NCBI GenBank assembly: GCA_043744095.1 | Contig: JAYTVI010000080.1 | Span: forward strand, 12,280-76,279 | Direction of reading: 5' to 3' | DNA length: 64,000 nucleotides | DNA from: Flavobacterium sp. | GTDB taxonomy: Bacteria; Bacteroidota; Bacteroidia; Flavobacteriales; Flavobacteriaceae | Shown: positions 50,427 through 60,965 of the stretch, one piece after another | How positions within the stretch are numbered: position 1 is the first letter of the stretch | Layout: each line of letters opens with the position of its first letter | The notes under the pieces: model-generated | The model's input: the letters and a program-made list of their open reading frames with translations, nothing else | Database searches by the model: none | What the model was told of the DNA's origin: nothing | Position numbers and translations under genes: made by a program

Positions 50427-51959
50427 ATGAAAAAAATATTTACTTTATTGCTACTTTTCTTTTCTATTATTTTGTCATCACAGACGTTTGAATGGCTTGT
50501 TACACCAATAATAAATTTCAATTCAAATGGTAGTTTAATTGGTTATCCAACTACAATAGACAACAACGGAAATGCTTATTTTTCAGGATTCAAAGACAAT
50601 GCGTATAATTACAGTCAAATATTTGGCGATTTATTCTATAATAAATACGATGCTGCAGGAGAATTGTTGTGGGAAAAAACAATCACAGGAAAAGTACAAG
50701 TTAATAATATGATTTCAGATTCTTCTGGAAATATTTATGTTGCTGCAGATTATATTCAAACGATGACTATAGACAATTTAACAATTTCTACTAGTGAACA
50801 AGGTGAAAATCAAATACTTTTAAAATTTGATACAAATGGTACCTTGTTATGGCATCAAGAAATTGCTAATACTAATAATTTTAAATCATTGGCTGTTGAT
50901 AGTAATGATTTAGTTTATATCTGTTTTGATGATTTCAATAATTCCTATGTAAAAAAATTAGATTCAAACGGAAATACACTTTTGACAATTACTCAACAAC
51001 GAGTAAATGTAGCTTCGTCTGTAAGTGTTGATAATCAAGGTAATATATATGTAGCTGGAGGTTGTGCTGCTTCAAATGCTATTTATGCTGGAGTTAGTGC
51101 ACCAACAACGCTATCTTATAATACTTATGTTGCCAAATATAGTGCAGAAGGAGTTTTTCAATGGGTAAAATACATTCAAGACATCACTTGTTCTGATCCT
51201 CAAGTAAAAGCAAGAACTCCGGATGAAGTTTATTTTTGTTCTACATTATACGGAGCATATACTTTTGACAATATTGTTGCTGAAGGACCAAGTGGTGGTT
51301 ATGATTTTTTTATTGCCAAGCTCAATACTTCAGGAAATTTTCAATGGGTTCGCGAAGTTCCTGGCGCTGGAAGAGCTTTTGTTGGTAAAAGAAATTTTTT
51401 TACTTTAGATACAATCGGTAATATTTATTTTGCAGGAAGTGCCTCTCAAAATGTTAATTGGGGAAATAATATCACAACCACTTCTACAATTTATCAAGAT
51501 GCATTAATTTTAAAATATGATTCTAGCGGAACTATTCTGATGGCAAAAACTGCTGGCGGACTAAATACTGATCGTTGTGATGGCATAACAGTAAATACTT
51601 CTGGAGATATTTTTGTTTCTGGTATTGCAAGAGGTTCCTCTACTTTTGAAACTTTACAACATACAGAATCTAATCAAAATACCTATTATCCTTTTTTGAC
51701 TAAAATCAATTTTTCTAATTTAAAAACTGACGAATTTGCTACCAAGCCAACTATTATTTATCCTAATCCAACTTACGATTCTTTTAGTATTGCTAACGGA
51801 AATCAATATTCTAAAGGTGAAATCTATACTACTTTAGGACAAAAAATTAAAGATTTTAATATAATAGATACCTCTGCTATTTCTATAAAAGAATTAAAAA
51901 ACGGAACTTATTTTGTGAAATTAGACCATTTAAAAACTATAAAATTGATTAAAAAATAA
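50427..51959 (+). CDS. T9SS type A sorting domain protein with SBBP-like beta-propeller repeats
   Basis: Signal peptide; repeated D..GNIYV.G and KYD..G..QW; C-terminal IYPNP...NGTYFVK...KLIKK. Confidence 0.88.
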   Translation: MKKIFTLLLLFFSIILSSQTFEWLVTPIINFNSNGSLIGYPTTIDNNGNAYFSGFKDNAYNYSQIFGDLFYNKYDAAGELLWEKTITGKVQVNNMISDSSGNIYVAADYIQTMTIDNLTISTSEQGENQILLKFDTNGTLLWHQEIANTNNFKSLAVDSNDLVYICFDDFNNSYVKKLDSNGNTLLTITQQRVNVASSVSVDNQGNIYVAGGCAASNAIYAGVSAPTTLSYNTYVAKYSAEGVFQWVKYIQDITCSDPQVKARTPDEVYFCSTLYGAYTFDNIVAEGPSGGYDFFIAKLNTSGNFQWVREVPGAGRAFVGKRNFFTLDTIGNIYFAGSASQNVNWGNNITTTSTIYQDALILKYDSSGTILMAKTAGGLNTDRCDGITVNTSGDIFVSGIARGSSTFETLQHTESNQNTYYPFLTKINFSNLKTDEFATKPTIIYPNPTYDSFSIANGNQYSKGEIYTTLGQKIKDFNIIDTSAISIKELKNGTYFVKLDHLKTIKLIKK

Positions 51960-51980
51960 AAACATTCATTAAAAACATAA

Positions 51981-52009
51981 AAAAAGCGTTCAAAATTAGA
52001 ACGCTTTTT
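51981..52009. terminator. Bidirectional intrinsic terminator
   Basis: AAAAAGCGTTC / GAACGCTTTTT inverted repeat between convergent genes. Confidence 0.85.
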
Positions 52010-52027
52010 GTTTTTGGAAACGGTATA

Positions 52028-52369
52028 TTATTTATAAACACTCTCTTTTTTGAAGTGAACTGCCAATAAATAATAAACAACTGCTCTGTATTTTGATTTA
52101 ATAGAACGACCATATTGATCTAAAACAGCATCAATTGCTTTTGACAATTCAGGACCATCTTTTAATCCTAATTTCTTGATCAAGAAATTGTTTTTTACAG
52201 TATCTAACTCAGATTGTTGACTTCCTGCAATTGTAGAAGCATCAGCATTATAGATAGAAGGACCACAACCAATAGTTACTTTGGTAAGTAAATCCATATT
52301 TGGTGTTACTCCGCATTTATCTTTTAAATCTGCGGCGTATTTTACGATAAGTTCGTCTCTTTTACTCAT
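52028..52369 (-). CDS. DUF2853 family protein
   Basis: LLTKVT.GCGPSIY..DAS, VKNNFLIKKLGL, KYRAVVYYLL. Confidence 0.85.
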   Translation of the reverse strand: MSKRDELIVKYAADLKDKCGVTPNMDLLTKVTIGCGPSIYNADASTIAGSQQSELDTVKNNFLIKKLGLKDGPELSKAIDAVLDQYGRSIKSKYRAVVYYLLAVHFKKESVYK

Positions 52370-52456
52370 AATGAACAAATATAATTTTAGTTAATAGAAT
52401 TGTTTTTATCAAAATTAAGTAAAAGAAAATTGATTATGATACTTTTTTATAAAATT

Positions 52457-54118
52457 TTACAGCAATTCTTTAAAATATTGCAACAAAATTTTATTATTGT
52501 TTAATGTAGGTGTAAAAATTTCGAGAATCGAAGGTTTATTGTTTTGCTTGAAGAAAGTAGCTAATTGGACTTTCAAATTTGTTTCATTACTTGCAATACT
52601 ATAATCAAAATTATACATTTTGGCTAAATGTTCGGCAGTATAGCAATGTGAAGTTTCAAAAAAAGTATTAAAAACTTTATCCTCTTGATGTCCTGGTAAA
52701 ATTCTAAAAATACCTCCACCACCATTATTAATAACAATAATTTTAAAATTTTTAAGAATATATTGATTCCATAAAGCATTACTATCATACAAAAAACTAA
52801 TGTCGCCTGTAATCAAAATAGTCTCTTTATTACTTCCGACAGCTGCACCAATTGCAGTAGAAGTACAACCGTCAATTCCGCTTGTACCGCGATTACAATA
52901 TACTGAAATACTAGAGTTTATGTCAAACAATTGAGCATAACGTATTGTGGAACTATTCCCTAATTGTAACATACTATTTTGTGGCAAACTTATCATTATA
53001 CTTTCAAAAGCTTTTAAATCAGAAAACGGAATTTTATCTAAATAGTGTTTATGTTTTATACTTCTAAAAGCCTTTAAAGATTGTCCTTTCTGAAAATAAT
53101 CGCTATCAACAATTTTAGTAAAAGGATGTATTTGATGAAAAAAATCATTTGGATTTGCTTCAAAATGATGCGCTAAAGCTCCATAAGTATTGTATGCTCT
53201 TAACGAATCTATATGCCAATGATGTTCAGGTTTATAGATTCGCAGAAAAGCCTTTATCCGTTTTGAAACTACCATTCCGCCAAAAGTGATGAGAATTTCT
53301 GGTTGAAAATCTTTAAAATCTTTTTCTTTAAATGGAGTAATAATAGTATCGATATTGTTTATAAAATTCGGGTGATGCAAATTTGATGTAGTTTCGGTCA
53401 TTACTATTATCGAAGGATCATTTGCAAATGCTTCTATTATTTCTGAATCAATTGTGTCTGGTTCATTGACTCCAACTAAAATTAATTTCTTTTTTGCCGA
53501 ATTCCAAATATTGGTTGTGGCAATAATATCATCAATCGAAATGTTTTTAAAAACTTTGGCAAGAGCCGAAATAGTCGGATCAACCGATAATTTCCTGACT
53601 GTTTGATATAAAGGCTCTTCAAAAGGTGCATTGATATGAACTGGTCCTTTTTGATTAAAAGAAACTGTTATTGCTTCGTTTATTTTATAATCATTTTCGG
53701 GAGTTTCACCTTCTGTTAGATTGGCATTGTATAACGAATGGTTTTGAAAAACATTCATTTGTCTAATTGTTTGACCGTCACCAATATCTATTTTATGTAT
53801 TGGTCTATCAGCCGAAAGTATAATTAGCGGAATTTGACTATAAAACGCTTCTGCAAATGCTGGATAATAATTTAACAATGCAGAACCAGAAGTACAAACT
53901 ACTACAACTGGTTTGTTGATTTGTTGTGCAATTCCCATTGCAAAAAAAGCTGCGCATCGTTCATCTGCGATACTATAACATGTAAATTCTGGATTGTTTA
54001 CAAACCCTATAGTAAGTGGTGCATTTCTAGATCCAGGAGAAATTACTATATGATTTACACCTTTTGCCAAACAAATTTGAATGATGCTTTGTGCTAACGG
54101 AATTTTTGGATAAATCAT
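52457..54118 (-). CDS. menD: SEPHCHC synthase MenD
   Basis: ISPGSRNAPL, DERCAAF, CTSGSA, ADRP, NRGTSGIDG, GDISFLYD, NNGGGGIF. Confidence 0.96.
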   Translation of the reverse strand: MIYPKIPLAQSIIQICLAKGVNHIVISPGSRNAPLTIGFVNNPEFTCYSIADERCAAFFAMGIAQQINKPVVVVCTSGSALLNYYPAFAEAFYSQIPLIILSADRPIHKIDIGDGQTIRQMNVFQNHSLYNANLTEGETPENDYKINEAITVSFNQKGPVHINAPFEEPLYQTVRKLSVDPTISALAKVFKNISIDDIIATTNIWNSAKKKLILVGVNEPDTIDSEIIEAFANDPSIIVMTETTSNLHHPNFINNIDTIITPFKEKDFKDFQPEILITFGGMVVSKRIKAFLRIYKPEHHWHIDSLRAYNTYGALAHHFEANPNDFFHQIHPFTKIVDSDYFQKGQSLKAFRSIKHKHYLDKIPFSDLKAFESIMISLPQNSMLQLGNSSTIRYAQLFDINSSISVYCNRGTSGIDGCTSTAIGAAVGSNKETILITGDISFLYDSNALWNQYILKNFKIIVINNGGGGIFRILPGHQEDKVFNTFFETSHCYTAEHLAKMYNFDYSIASNETNLKVQLATFFKQNNKPSILEIFTPTLNNNKILLQYFKELL

Positions 54119-54245
54119 TGGTTATATATAGAATTTCAAAGTTACTAACTTATGTTTAAATTTAACAGATTAATAATACATTAATTGAATAAAAACAAAA
54201 TATATTTGTAAGTCGAAAATAAACCAAAATAATAATCTTAATAAA

Positions 54246-55433
54246 ATGAAACATCTTATTTCAACTTTCTTTTTTGTATCAATATTCATTTTTTCAATCT
54301 CCTGTTTTGCTCAAAAAGAAATTAATTTTGATAATAGTAGCTACCAATCTGTTATAAACAGAGCAAGAACTGAACATAAACCCGTTTTTTATATGCTATA
54401 TGCTACTTGGTGTTCGCATTGTAACAAAATGAAAAGTGAAGTTTTTAAAGATAGTACAGTTGCTAATTTTATGAATAAAAATTTTATTTGTGCTTGGCAA
54501 GATATTGAAAAAGAAGAAGGTGAGTTTTTTAAAAGTGCTTTTGGAATAAAAGCCTATCCTACTTTTTTGTTTTTAGACGAGAACGAAACTTTATTGTATA
54601 CTTTCAATAGTGAAAAAAAAGCCGAAGATTTTTTAATTGAAGTAAAGAGTGCTTTAAATCCTAAAATGCAATTGCCTTATTTAGAAAAACAATTCAATGA
54701 TGATATTAGTAATGGTGAAAAATGTTTAAACTATATAAATACACTCAAAAAAGGAAGTGACCGAAAAATACTTAATCCGATTGCTCAAAAATATTTAGCT
54801 ACTCAAACTGATGCTCAATTAGTAAGTGATACCAACTGGAAAATAATTGCAAATGGCGTCACAGAAATAGAATCAAGACCTTTTCAATTTGTGTTGCAAC
54901 ATCAAAAAGAATTTGAAACCGTTGCTTCTGCAAAAAGAATTCAGAAAAAAATAGGAAATATTATTGCTGAACTTTTACAACCTTATACTGTTCGAGCAGA
55001 TACTTTAACTTATCAAAAAAAACGTGCTATTTGCAAATCGATGAATTTGCATATATCAGATTCGTTGGTTTTAAATTATGATCTTCAAGTATATGAAAAA
55101 GCAAAAAACTGGTCTGCATATTGCAAATCTGCACTAGAATATGTAGAGAAATTTGTTTGGACAAGTGACAAAATAATTAAAGATATTTCGAATAATTATT
55201 TGATTCATACCTACGACAATGCTCATTTGAATCAAGCAATTTCTTGGACAAAACATGCAAACGAATTACTAGAATCTACTGATGGTTTTATTTTATTATC
55301 AAAATTATATCAAAAAATAAATGACCCAAAAAATGCAATTCTGCAAGCACAAAAAGCCAAAGACCGGAATAAAAATTTGGGTTTTAATACCAAAGATGCC
55401 GATGATTTATTATTACAATTAGGTATAAAATAA
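54246..55433 (+). CDS. Exported thioredoxin-fold protein with helical C-terminal domain
   Basis: Signal peptide, WCSHC, AYPTFLF. Confidence 0.85.
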   Translation: MKHLISTFFFVSIFIFSISCFAQKEINFDNSSYQSVINRARTEHKPVFYMLYATWCSHCNKMKSEVFKDSTVANFMNKNFICAWQDIEKEEGEFFKSAFGIKAYPTFLFLDENETLLYTFNSEKKAEDFLIEVKSALNPKMQLPYLEKQFNDDISNGEKCLNYINTLKKGSDRKILNPIAQKYLATQTDAQLVSDTNWKIIANGVTEIESRPFQFVLQHQKEFETVASAKRIQKKIGNIIAELLQPYTVRADTLTYQKKRAICKSMNLHISDSLVLNYDLQVYEKAKNWSAYCKSALEYVEKFVWTSDKIIKDISNNYLIHTYDNAHLNQAISWTKHANELLESTDGFILLSKLYQKINDPKNAILQAQKAKDRNKNLGFNTKDADDLLLQLGIK

Positions 55434-55437
55434 AACT

Positions 55438-55932
55438 ATGGAAATAAAAATTCGACCATATACTGTTGCTGATACAAGTTTCATTTTAGAAATTATCAAT
55501 TATAATATCATAAACTCCACTGCATTATACGATTATAATCTAAGAACATTAGAACATCAAATAACTATTTTTGAGGATAAACTAAAAAAAGGATTTCCAA
55601 TAATTGTAGCTACTATAGATAATGAAGTTGTTGGTTTTGGGTATTATAGCGAATTCAGAATGCGAGAAGCTTATCAATACACTGTAGAACATTCAGTGTA
55701 TGCCCATCAAAATTTTATTGGAAAAGGAATAGGTACATTGCTTATGCAAGAATTAATAAACTTGGCTCAAAAACAAAAACTCCACACTATGATTGCCGTT
55801 ATTGATTCGGAAAATCAGAGTAGTGTGGAATTTCATTCTTTATTTGGTTTTGAAACTGTTGGATTTATTAAAGAATCAGGTTTCAAATTCAATAGATGGT
55901 TAAATTCAGTAATTATGCAAAAAATGCTATAA
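55438..55932 (+). CDS. GNAT N-acetyltransferase (YncA/phosphinothricin-acetyltransferase-like)
   Basis: AY.YTVEHSVY, GKGIG, G.KF.RWL. Confidence 0.88.
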   Translation: MEIKIRPYTVADTSFILEIINYNIINSTALYDYNLRTLEHQITIFEDKLKKGFPIIVATIDNEVVGFGYYSEFRMREAYQYTVEHSVYAHQNFIGKGIGTLLMQELINLAQKQKLHTMIAVIDSENQSSVEFHSLFGFETVGFIKESGFKFNRWLNSVIMQKML

Positions 55933-56508
55933 TTATCTGTTTATAAACTCAACTATTTCTTTATCTGTAGGTTTAACTTTAGACAATAATACTTGTTCTA
56001 AATATCCTTTTTCGTTGATTAAGTATTTTTGAAAATTCCATTCAACTTTAGAACTTTGCAAACCGTTTTTGTCTTTATCTGTTAGAAATTGATATAATGG
56101 ATTCATTTCTTCTCCAGTAACCGCAATTTTTTCCATCATAGGAAAAGTAACTCCGTAATTTGCTTTACAAAATGCAGCAATTTCTTTATTAGTTCCTGGT
56201 TCTTGTTCTCCAAAGTCGTTTGAAGGAAATCCTATAATGACAAAATTTTTATTTTTATATTTTTCATACAACGACTCTAATTCAGCATATTGAGGAGTAT
56301 AACCACATTTTGATGCTGTGTTTACAATCAATATTTTTTTTCCTCTTAAAGTTTCAAAATCAAATTCTTTGCCATTGATTCCTAGAACTTTATATTTATA
56401 TATGGTTTTTTCTTCCATTTTTTTTTCGTTTAAAGATTCTATTTGTGCTTGACTACTGGTGCTTAAAAAGAATAAAATTCCAGTTAATGCTAAAACTATT
56501 TTTTTCAT
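55933..56508 (-). CDS. Glutathione peroxidase (exported)
   Basis: VNTASKCGYTPQY, GFPSNDF.EQEPG, WNFQKYLI. Confidence 0.94.
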   Translation of the reverse strand: MKKIVLALTGILFFLSTSSQAQIESLNEKKMEEKTIYKYKVLGINGKEFDFETLRGKKILIVNTASKCGYTPQYAELESLYEKYKNKNFVIIGFPSNDFGEQEPGTNKEIAAFCKANYGVTFPMMEKIAVTGEEMNPLYQFLTDKDKNGLQSSKVEWNFQKYLINEKGYLEQVLLSKVKPTDKEIVEFINR

Positions 56509-56582
56509 CTTAAAATTTATTTATTCGTAAAAAAACAAAAAAATATACAAACAGAAACTAATTTTTTGTTAAATTAAAGTAA

Positions 56583-59500
56583 CTATTTTGAACTCCAATA
56601 TTTTTTGTATTTAATAAAAGAAAATATACCTAAAACAGCTACAAAAGCCACAGAATAATAGACAAAACTTGGTGTAACTACTTTATCGCCACTTGCATAA
56701 GAGTGCATTCCGGTTAAATAAAAATTTACTCCAAAATAAGTCATCATAATAGAATAGAATGCCAAAACACTCATTAAATTATAAATCCATTTTCCTCTTA
56801 ATGATGGTACAAAACGTGCGTGAATAACAAATGCATAAATCATAATACTGATTAATGCCCACGTTTCTTTTGGATCCCAACCCCAATATCTTCCCCAGGA
56901 TTCGTTTGCCCACTGTCCGCCAAGAAAATTTCCTATGGTAAGCATAACCAATCCAATTGTAAGTGCCATTTCATTGATATAGGTAATTTCTTTAATGTTC
57001 AAATCCATTTTGATTTTGTTTTTTTCGTTGGTAAACAACATCAAAATCAAGGAAACAACTCCTAGTACCATTGCAAGGGTAAATGGTCCATAACTCGCAA
57101 CAATTACTGCTACGTGAATCATCAACCAATACGAATTTAAAACGGGTTGCAAGTTGGCAATTGATGGATCCATCCAATTCCAATGTGCAATCATCAAAAT
57201 CATTGATGCTACAAAAGTTCCAGAAGCTACTGTTAGTTTTGATTTTCTATCGAATGCCAAAGTAAAAAACATTGTTGCCCAAGCCACATAAATCATACTT
57301 TCATAAGCATCACTCCAAGGTGCGTGACCCGAAATATACCATCTTGCTGCCAATCCTAAAGTATGTAGACCGAAAAGAATTGCAATAAAAATATGAAACG
57401 AATTGATTGTATAACGAATGGCTTTTTTTTCAAAAAAGATATTGATTATCGTAAACAATAACATCAAAACGCCACAAAGCATATACAAATAATATAGCTT
57501 TTTGAAAACATCATACTTATTATAGGTTATCTCAGAACTAATTTTGTCTTCGCTAGGACGAACAGCGCTACCAAATTTTTTCTGATAGTTTTCTAAACTT
57601 TTCAAATAGAAATCAGCATTGGTATAATCATTTTTTAATGCCACACTGTCTAAAGTGCTCATATACAATGGCAATATGTTTCTGACAAATGTAGAATCTA
57701 TTCCTTTGATATTTGCTTCGTTTATACTTAAATACGATATCCATTTGTTGTTTTTATCATTCGGAATGGGGAAAATTTTTAAAATACTTCCACTCAATGC
57801 CGAGTTTAATAAATTTACTTTTCTATCGGTTTCTATAAAATCTTTTTGAAACTGGTCTGGAGTTGCCGCTTTGTATGCTTCGTCAAGATAAGACGTGAGT
57901 TTATAATTTCCTTTTTCGTCAAAAAAATTAATGAATGGTGCATACTTTTCTTTGCTATCTAATCCAATAATTTTTCGAATACTGTCATTTCCGTTTTTAA
58001 TATAAATTAACGGAACCTCAAACCAAACTCTAGGAAACTGAACCATAGACAAGAAAACCTGATCCGAATTCATATCTTTATAAGTATCACTTTTACTTAC
58101 TTTGCGCAATAATTCAGACGAAAAAGTATTAATAGGCTTCATCCTTCCACCTTCATCTTGAATTATCAATCTCCCAAATTGCGCAGCGTGTTTTTCATTT
58201 ACTTTATATTTAACTAAAACAGAATCAATTTGTTGCGATGTTGGTAAATGATCTTTATGTTCTTGTGAATAAGAAGTAAGTCCAAAAAATAATAAGAAAA
58301 TTGAGATTAATTTAGCTTTCTTATTTTTTACAATTTCTAATTTTCTTTTTATATCAGCAAAACGAGAATGCTTGGTAAATAAGATAGCCATCATAGCAAA
58401 AAACAAAATAAAATAGCCAATATAAGTGATTAAAGTTCCCCAAAAATCGTGGTTTACAGAGAGAACAGTTCCTTCTTCGTCGGGATCAAATGAGGATTGG
58501 AAAAATCTAAATCCACCATAATCTAAAATATGATTCATATAGATTTGAGCATCAGTTTTTTGAGTTTTATCCAAAACTGTAACTTGACTTTCAAAAGCGG
58601 CATAACTTTTTTCGGTTCCTGGATATTTTGTTGCAATAAAATCATTCAACTTGATTTGAAAAGGCAATTCGTAAACTTTACTACCAAAAGAAAATGTAAA
58701 ATCGAGGTTTCCAATTTTCACAACTTGAGGTTCACCTTGCTTTCCTTTTGAACCTAATAAAGTTAATTCTCGTTCTTGCCCTTGCGATTTTAATATTATT
58801 ATCAAGGCATCGTCGTGTTTTTTTTCTTTATAATTATTTTTAGAAGTATAGGCTTTAATTCCTTTTTTTGGTATTTCTGGAAAAACAAATTGCGTTCCGC
58901 CAACATTATACAATGAGCGCAACATCAAGGGTTGCATAGAATCTTTGATAACTTGCCCTTGCATTTTGTCTGCCATTCGCATAAACTGACCATTAAATGG
59001 GGTTTCGATAGAATAAATATTTCCTTTTGTGGTGATATTGACTGCACCTTTGGTAAATTTATTCAAAGCAAATAAAACATTATGGATATTCTGAATTTCA
59101 CCTTCTTTTAGGTAATGTTCGTGTCGAGAACCATCTCCAGATTCAACCATTTTTAGATACAAATTTCCGTTTGGAGTTTCTTTAATGGTTTCTGTTGCAC
59201 CCATTTTATAGTCTTTATAAACTATTTCGAAAGGAGTTTTTGCAAATTCTTTTGATATCGTAAAATTATTATTGGTTACTGGTGAAAGCAATAATGGTCT
59301 TTCGAAAATTCTACGTTTCATTCCGCCTTGATATTCGCCATCTACAAAAAAAGTTAGAAAGGTTTTGTCTGAATATACTAGATTTGAAGATGCTCCTTCA
59401 CGAATTGGCATCATACCTTCGTAACTGATATAACGAGTAATTATCGCGCCAATAATTATGAAAATAAAAGATAGATGAAGCAACAATGTAGCCCATTTTT

Positions 59501-59723
59501 CTTTTTTTAGAAGTTGGTATCTTTTAATATTTCCTACGAAATTGATGAGAAAAAACAAGTGAATAGCCTCAAACCATTTGGTGTTATAAATCCATATTCT
59601 AGCTGTATCTGTATTGTATTCGCTTTCTATAAAAGTACCACAAGCCATTGCAACTGCATATGCTAGGAATAAAAAAGCCATTAAACGAGTAGAAAACAAA
59701 AAGGAAAGTATCTTTTTTTCCAT
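56583..59723 (-). CDS. ccsA: Cytochrome c biogenesis system II CcsB-CcsA fusion
   Basis: WGRYWGWDPKETW WWD domain, GHAPWS..YE, IHV, GMHSY; ResB-like N-terminus. Confidence 0.93.
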   Translation of the reverse strand: MEKKILSFLFSTRLMAFLFLAYAVAMACGTFIESEYNTDTARIWIYNTKWFEAIHLFFLINFVGNIKRYQLLKKEKWATLLLHLSFIFIIIGAIITRYISYEGMMPIREGASSNLVYSDKTFLTFFVDGEYQGGMKRRIFERPLLLSPVTNNNFTISKEFAKTPFEIVYKDYKMGATETIKETPNGNLYLKMVESGDGSRHEHYLKEGEIQNIHNVLFALNKFTKGAVNITTKGNIYSIETPFNGQFMRMADKMQGQVIKDSMQPLMLRSLYNVGGTQFVFPEIPKKGIKAYTSKNNYKEKKHDDALIIILKSQGQERELTLLGSKGKQGEPQVVKIGNLDFTFSFGSKVYELPFQIKLNDFIATKYPGTEKSYAAFESQVTVLDKTQKTDAQIYMNHILDYGGFRFFQSSFDPDEEGTVLSVNHDFWGTLITYIGYFILFFAMMAILFTKHSRFADIKRKLEIVKNKKAKLISIFLLFFGLTSYSQEHKDHLPTSQQIDSVLVKYKVNEKHAAQFGRLIIQDEGGRMKPINTFSSELLRKVSKSDTYKDMNSDQVFLSMVQFPRVWFEVPLIYIKNGNDSIRKIIGLDSKEKYAPFINFFDEKGNYKLTSYLDEAYKAATPDQFQKDFIETDRKVNLLNSALSGSILKIFPIPNDKNNKWISYLSINEANIKGIDSTFVRNILPLYMSTLDSVALKNDYTNADFYLKSLENYQKKFGSAVRPSEDKISSEITYNKYDVFKKLYYLYMLCGVLMLLFTIINIFFEKKAIRYTINSFHIFIAILFGLHTLGLAARWYISGHAPWSDAYESMIYVAWATMFFTLAFDRKSKLTVASGTFVASMILMIAHWNWMDPSIANLQPVLNSYWLMIHVAVIVASYGPFTLAMVLGVVSLILMLFTNEKNKIKMDLNIKEITYINEMALTIGLVMLTIGNFLGGQWANESWGRYWGWDPKETWALISIMIYAFVIHARFVPSLRGKWIYNLMSVLAFYSIMMTYFGVNFYLTGMHSYASGDKVVTPSFVYYSVAFVAVLGIFSFIKYKKYWSSK

Positions 59724-59936
59724 TGTAGAGAAATATTTTGAGTCAAGCAAAAATACTTCAAAAAGTAGGAAATTGATTTTTTTTAACTGAAATTTTAAGT
59801 GTTATTTAATAGTAGTTTTTTTAATTTATATTCATTAAAAATACTGGATGATAAATTATTTTTTTTTAATAAAAAAGAAGTATCAAATAATATTTGTGAA
59901 TACTTAGATTAATAAAAACAATATGTTATTGATATA

Positions 59937-60239
59937 TTAATCTTTTACAAAATATCCACCTTCTTTCCAATGCCTTTCATTTTCATACCAATCTAACAAC
60001 TCTCGCATAAATCCCCATGCAATAGCAGTTCCAGTAGATTGCATAAAATTTACTTGTGGTTCATTATATCTTTCATCATCAAATTCTCTTACGATAATTC
60101 TACGTTTGTGTAATGGTTCATGACCTTTTGTAATGTAAGCGTGTGACCTACCTACTTTAAAATATCCATTTAACTCAAGCTCTTGCTTAGCTCTTATCTG
60201 TTTGTCGATAAAGCTAATATCTACAGTAGGATGCGACAT
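59937..60239 (-). CDS. Hypothetical protein, possible divergent HicA-like toxin
   Basis: LELNGYFKVGRSHAY loosely resembles the HicA G(F/Y)...GSH motif; its ATG directly follows the TAA of the HicB-like gene. Confidence 0.45.
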   Translation of the reverse strand: MSHPTVDISFIDKQIRAKQELELNGYFKVGRSHAYITKGHEPLHKRRIIVREFDDERYNEPQVNFMQSTGTAIAWGFMRELLDWYENERHWKEGGYFVKD

Positions 60240-60619
60240 TTAGCAAGTAAGCTCTAATGTTTCAACAAATTTATCTCCAGTTTCCATAATTTGATCAAAA
60301 ATAATATTTGAAGTATTGTATGCCATTATTATTGAACCATTTTTATCTTCAGAAATAAACTCCCATCCTAATAATCGCAATTCAGTCTCTAGTCCATTTC
60401 CAAATTTTTCGCTTGAAATACAAAAAAGATTTACACACTCTTTAATTGCTTCTTGAGCATCTTGATCATTTTTTGCAAAAGTTTTAATACCTAAAATGGG
60501 TATATTAACTGATAAAAATCATCCTCAACAGTTTTATCCCATATAGGCATATCAATTGTGATTGAAGTTAATTTCCCATTCAATCTATTAATTTCAATAT
60601 TTGCTTCGGTAGTTCTCAC
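60240..60619 (-). pseudogene. HicB-like antitoxin gene, frameshifted (absent from ORF track)
   Basis: GTG 60619 MRTTEANIEI...VEDDF; adding one T at 60514-60518 continues LSVNIPILGIKTFAKNDQDAQEAIKECVNLF...LRLLGW...LELTC* (126 aa). Confidence 0.65.
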
Positions 60620-60965
60620 AATATTTTAAATGATTTTATTTGCGTCATGAACGTATACAATATGTTGTAGAAACCAAATTTCATATACGAAAAATCGTTA
60701 AAATGCATATTTTATCGATAAAAGTAAGTTAATTATTAATTTTATTATGCAATCATACAAACAATTAATCTGAAAAATATTTAACAATTTATTAAATATT
60801 TATATTATTTTCTAGAATAGATGGATTCAATTAATAGATACAAATTTTTAATATTTCTAAATTTTCAAATTTGCTATAAAAACTAATATTTACTTCAATA
60901 AATTAAAATTTATGAAATAACAATTTTAAAACATTGTAGAAAAAAAAAAAATTGATAAAATAAAA

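Noticed and set aside
44570-54118. Dispersed menA/menB/menD with PH-domain genes as a novel pathway
   Set aside because: A scattered men cluster with interspersed unrelated genes is ordinary, and there is no sequence evidence of functional coupling.
3104-58751. Many 60-160 aa ORFs antisense to or nested in real genes (e.g. 5008-5322, 16906-17391, 27445-27789, 29346-29717, 47904-48215)
   Set aside because: They are shadow ORFs of well-supported genes, with no recognisable motifs.
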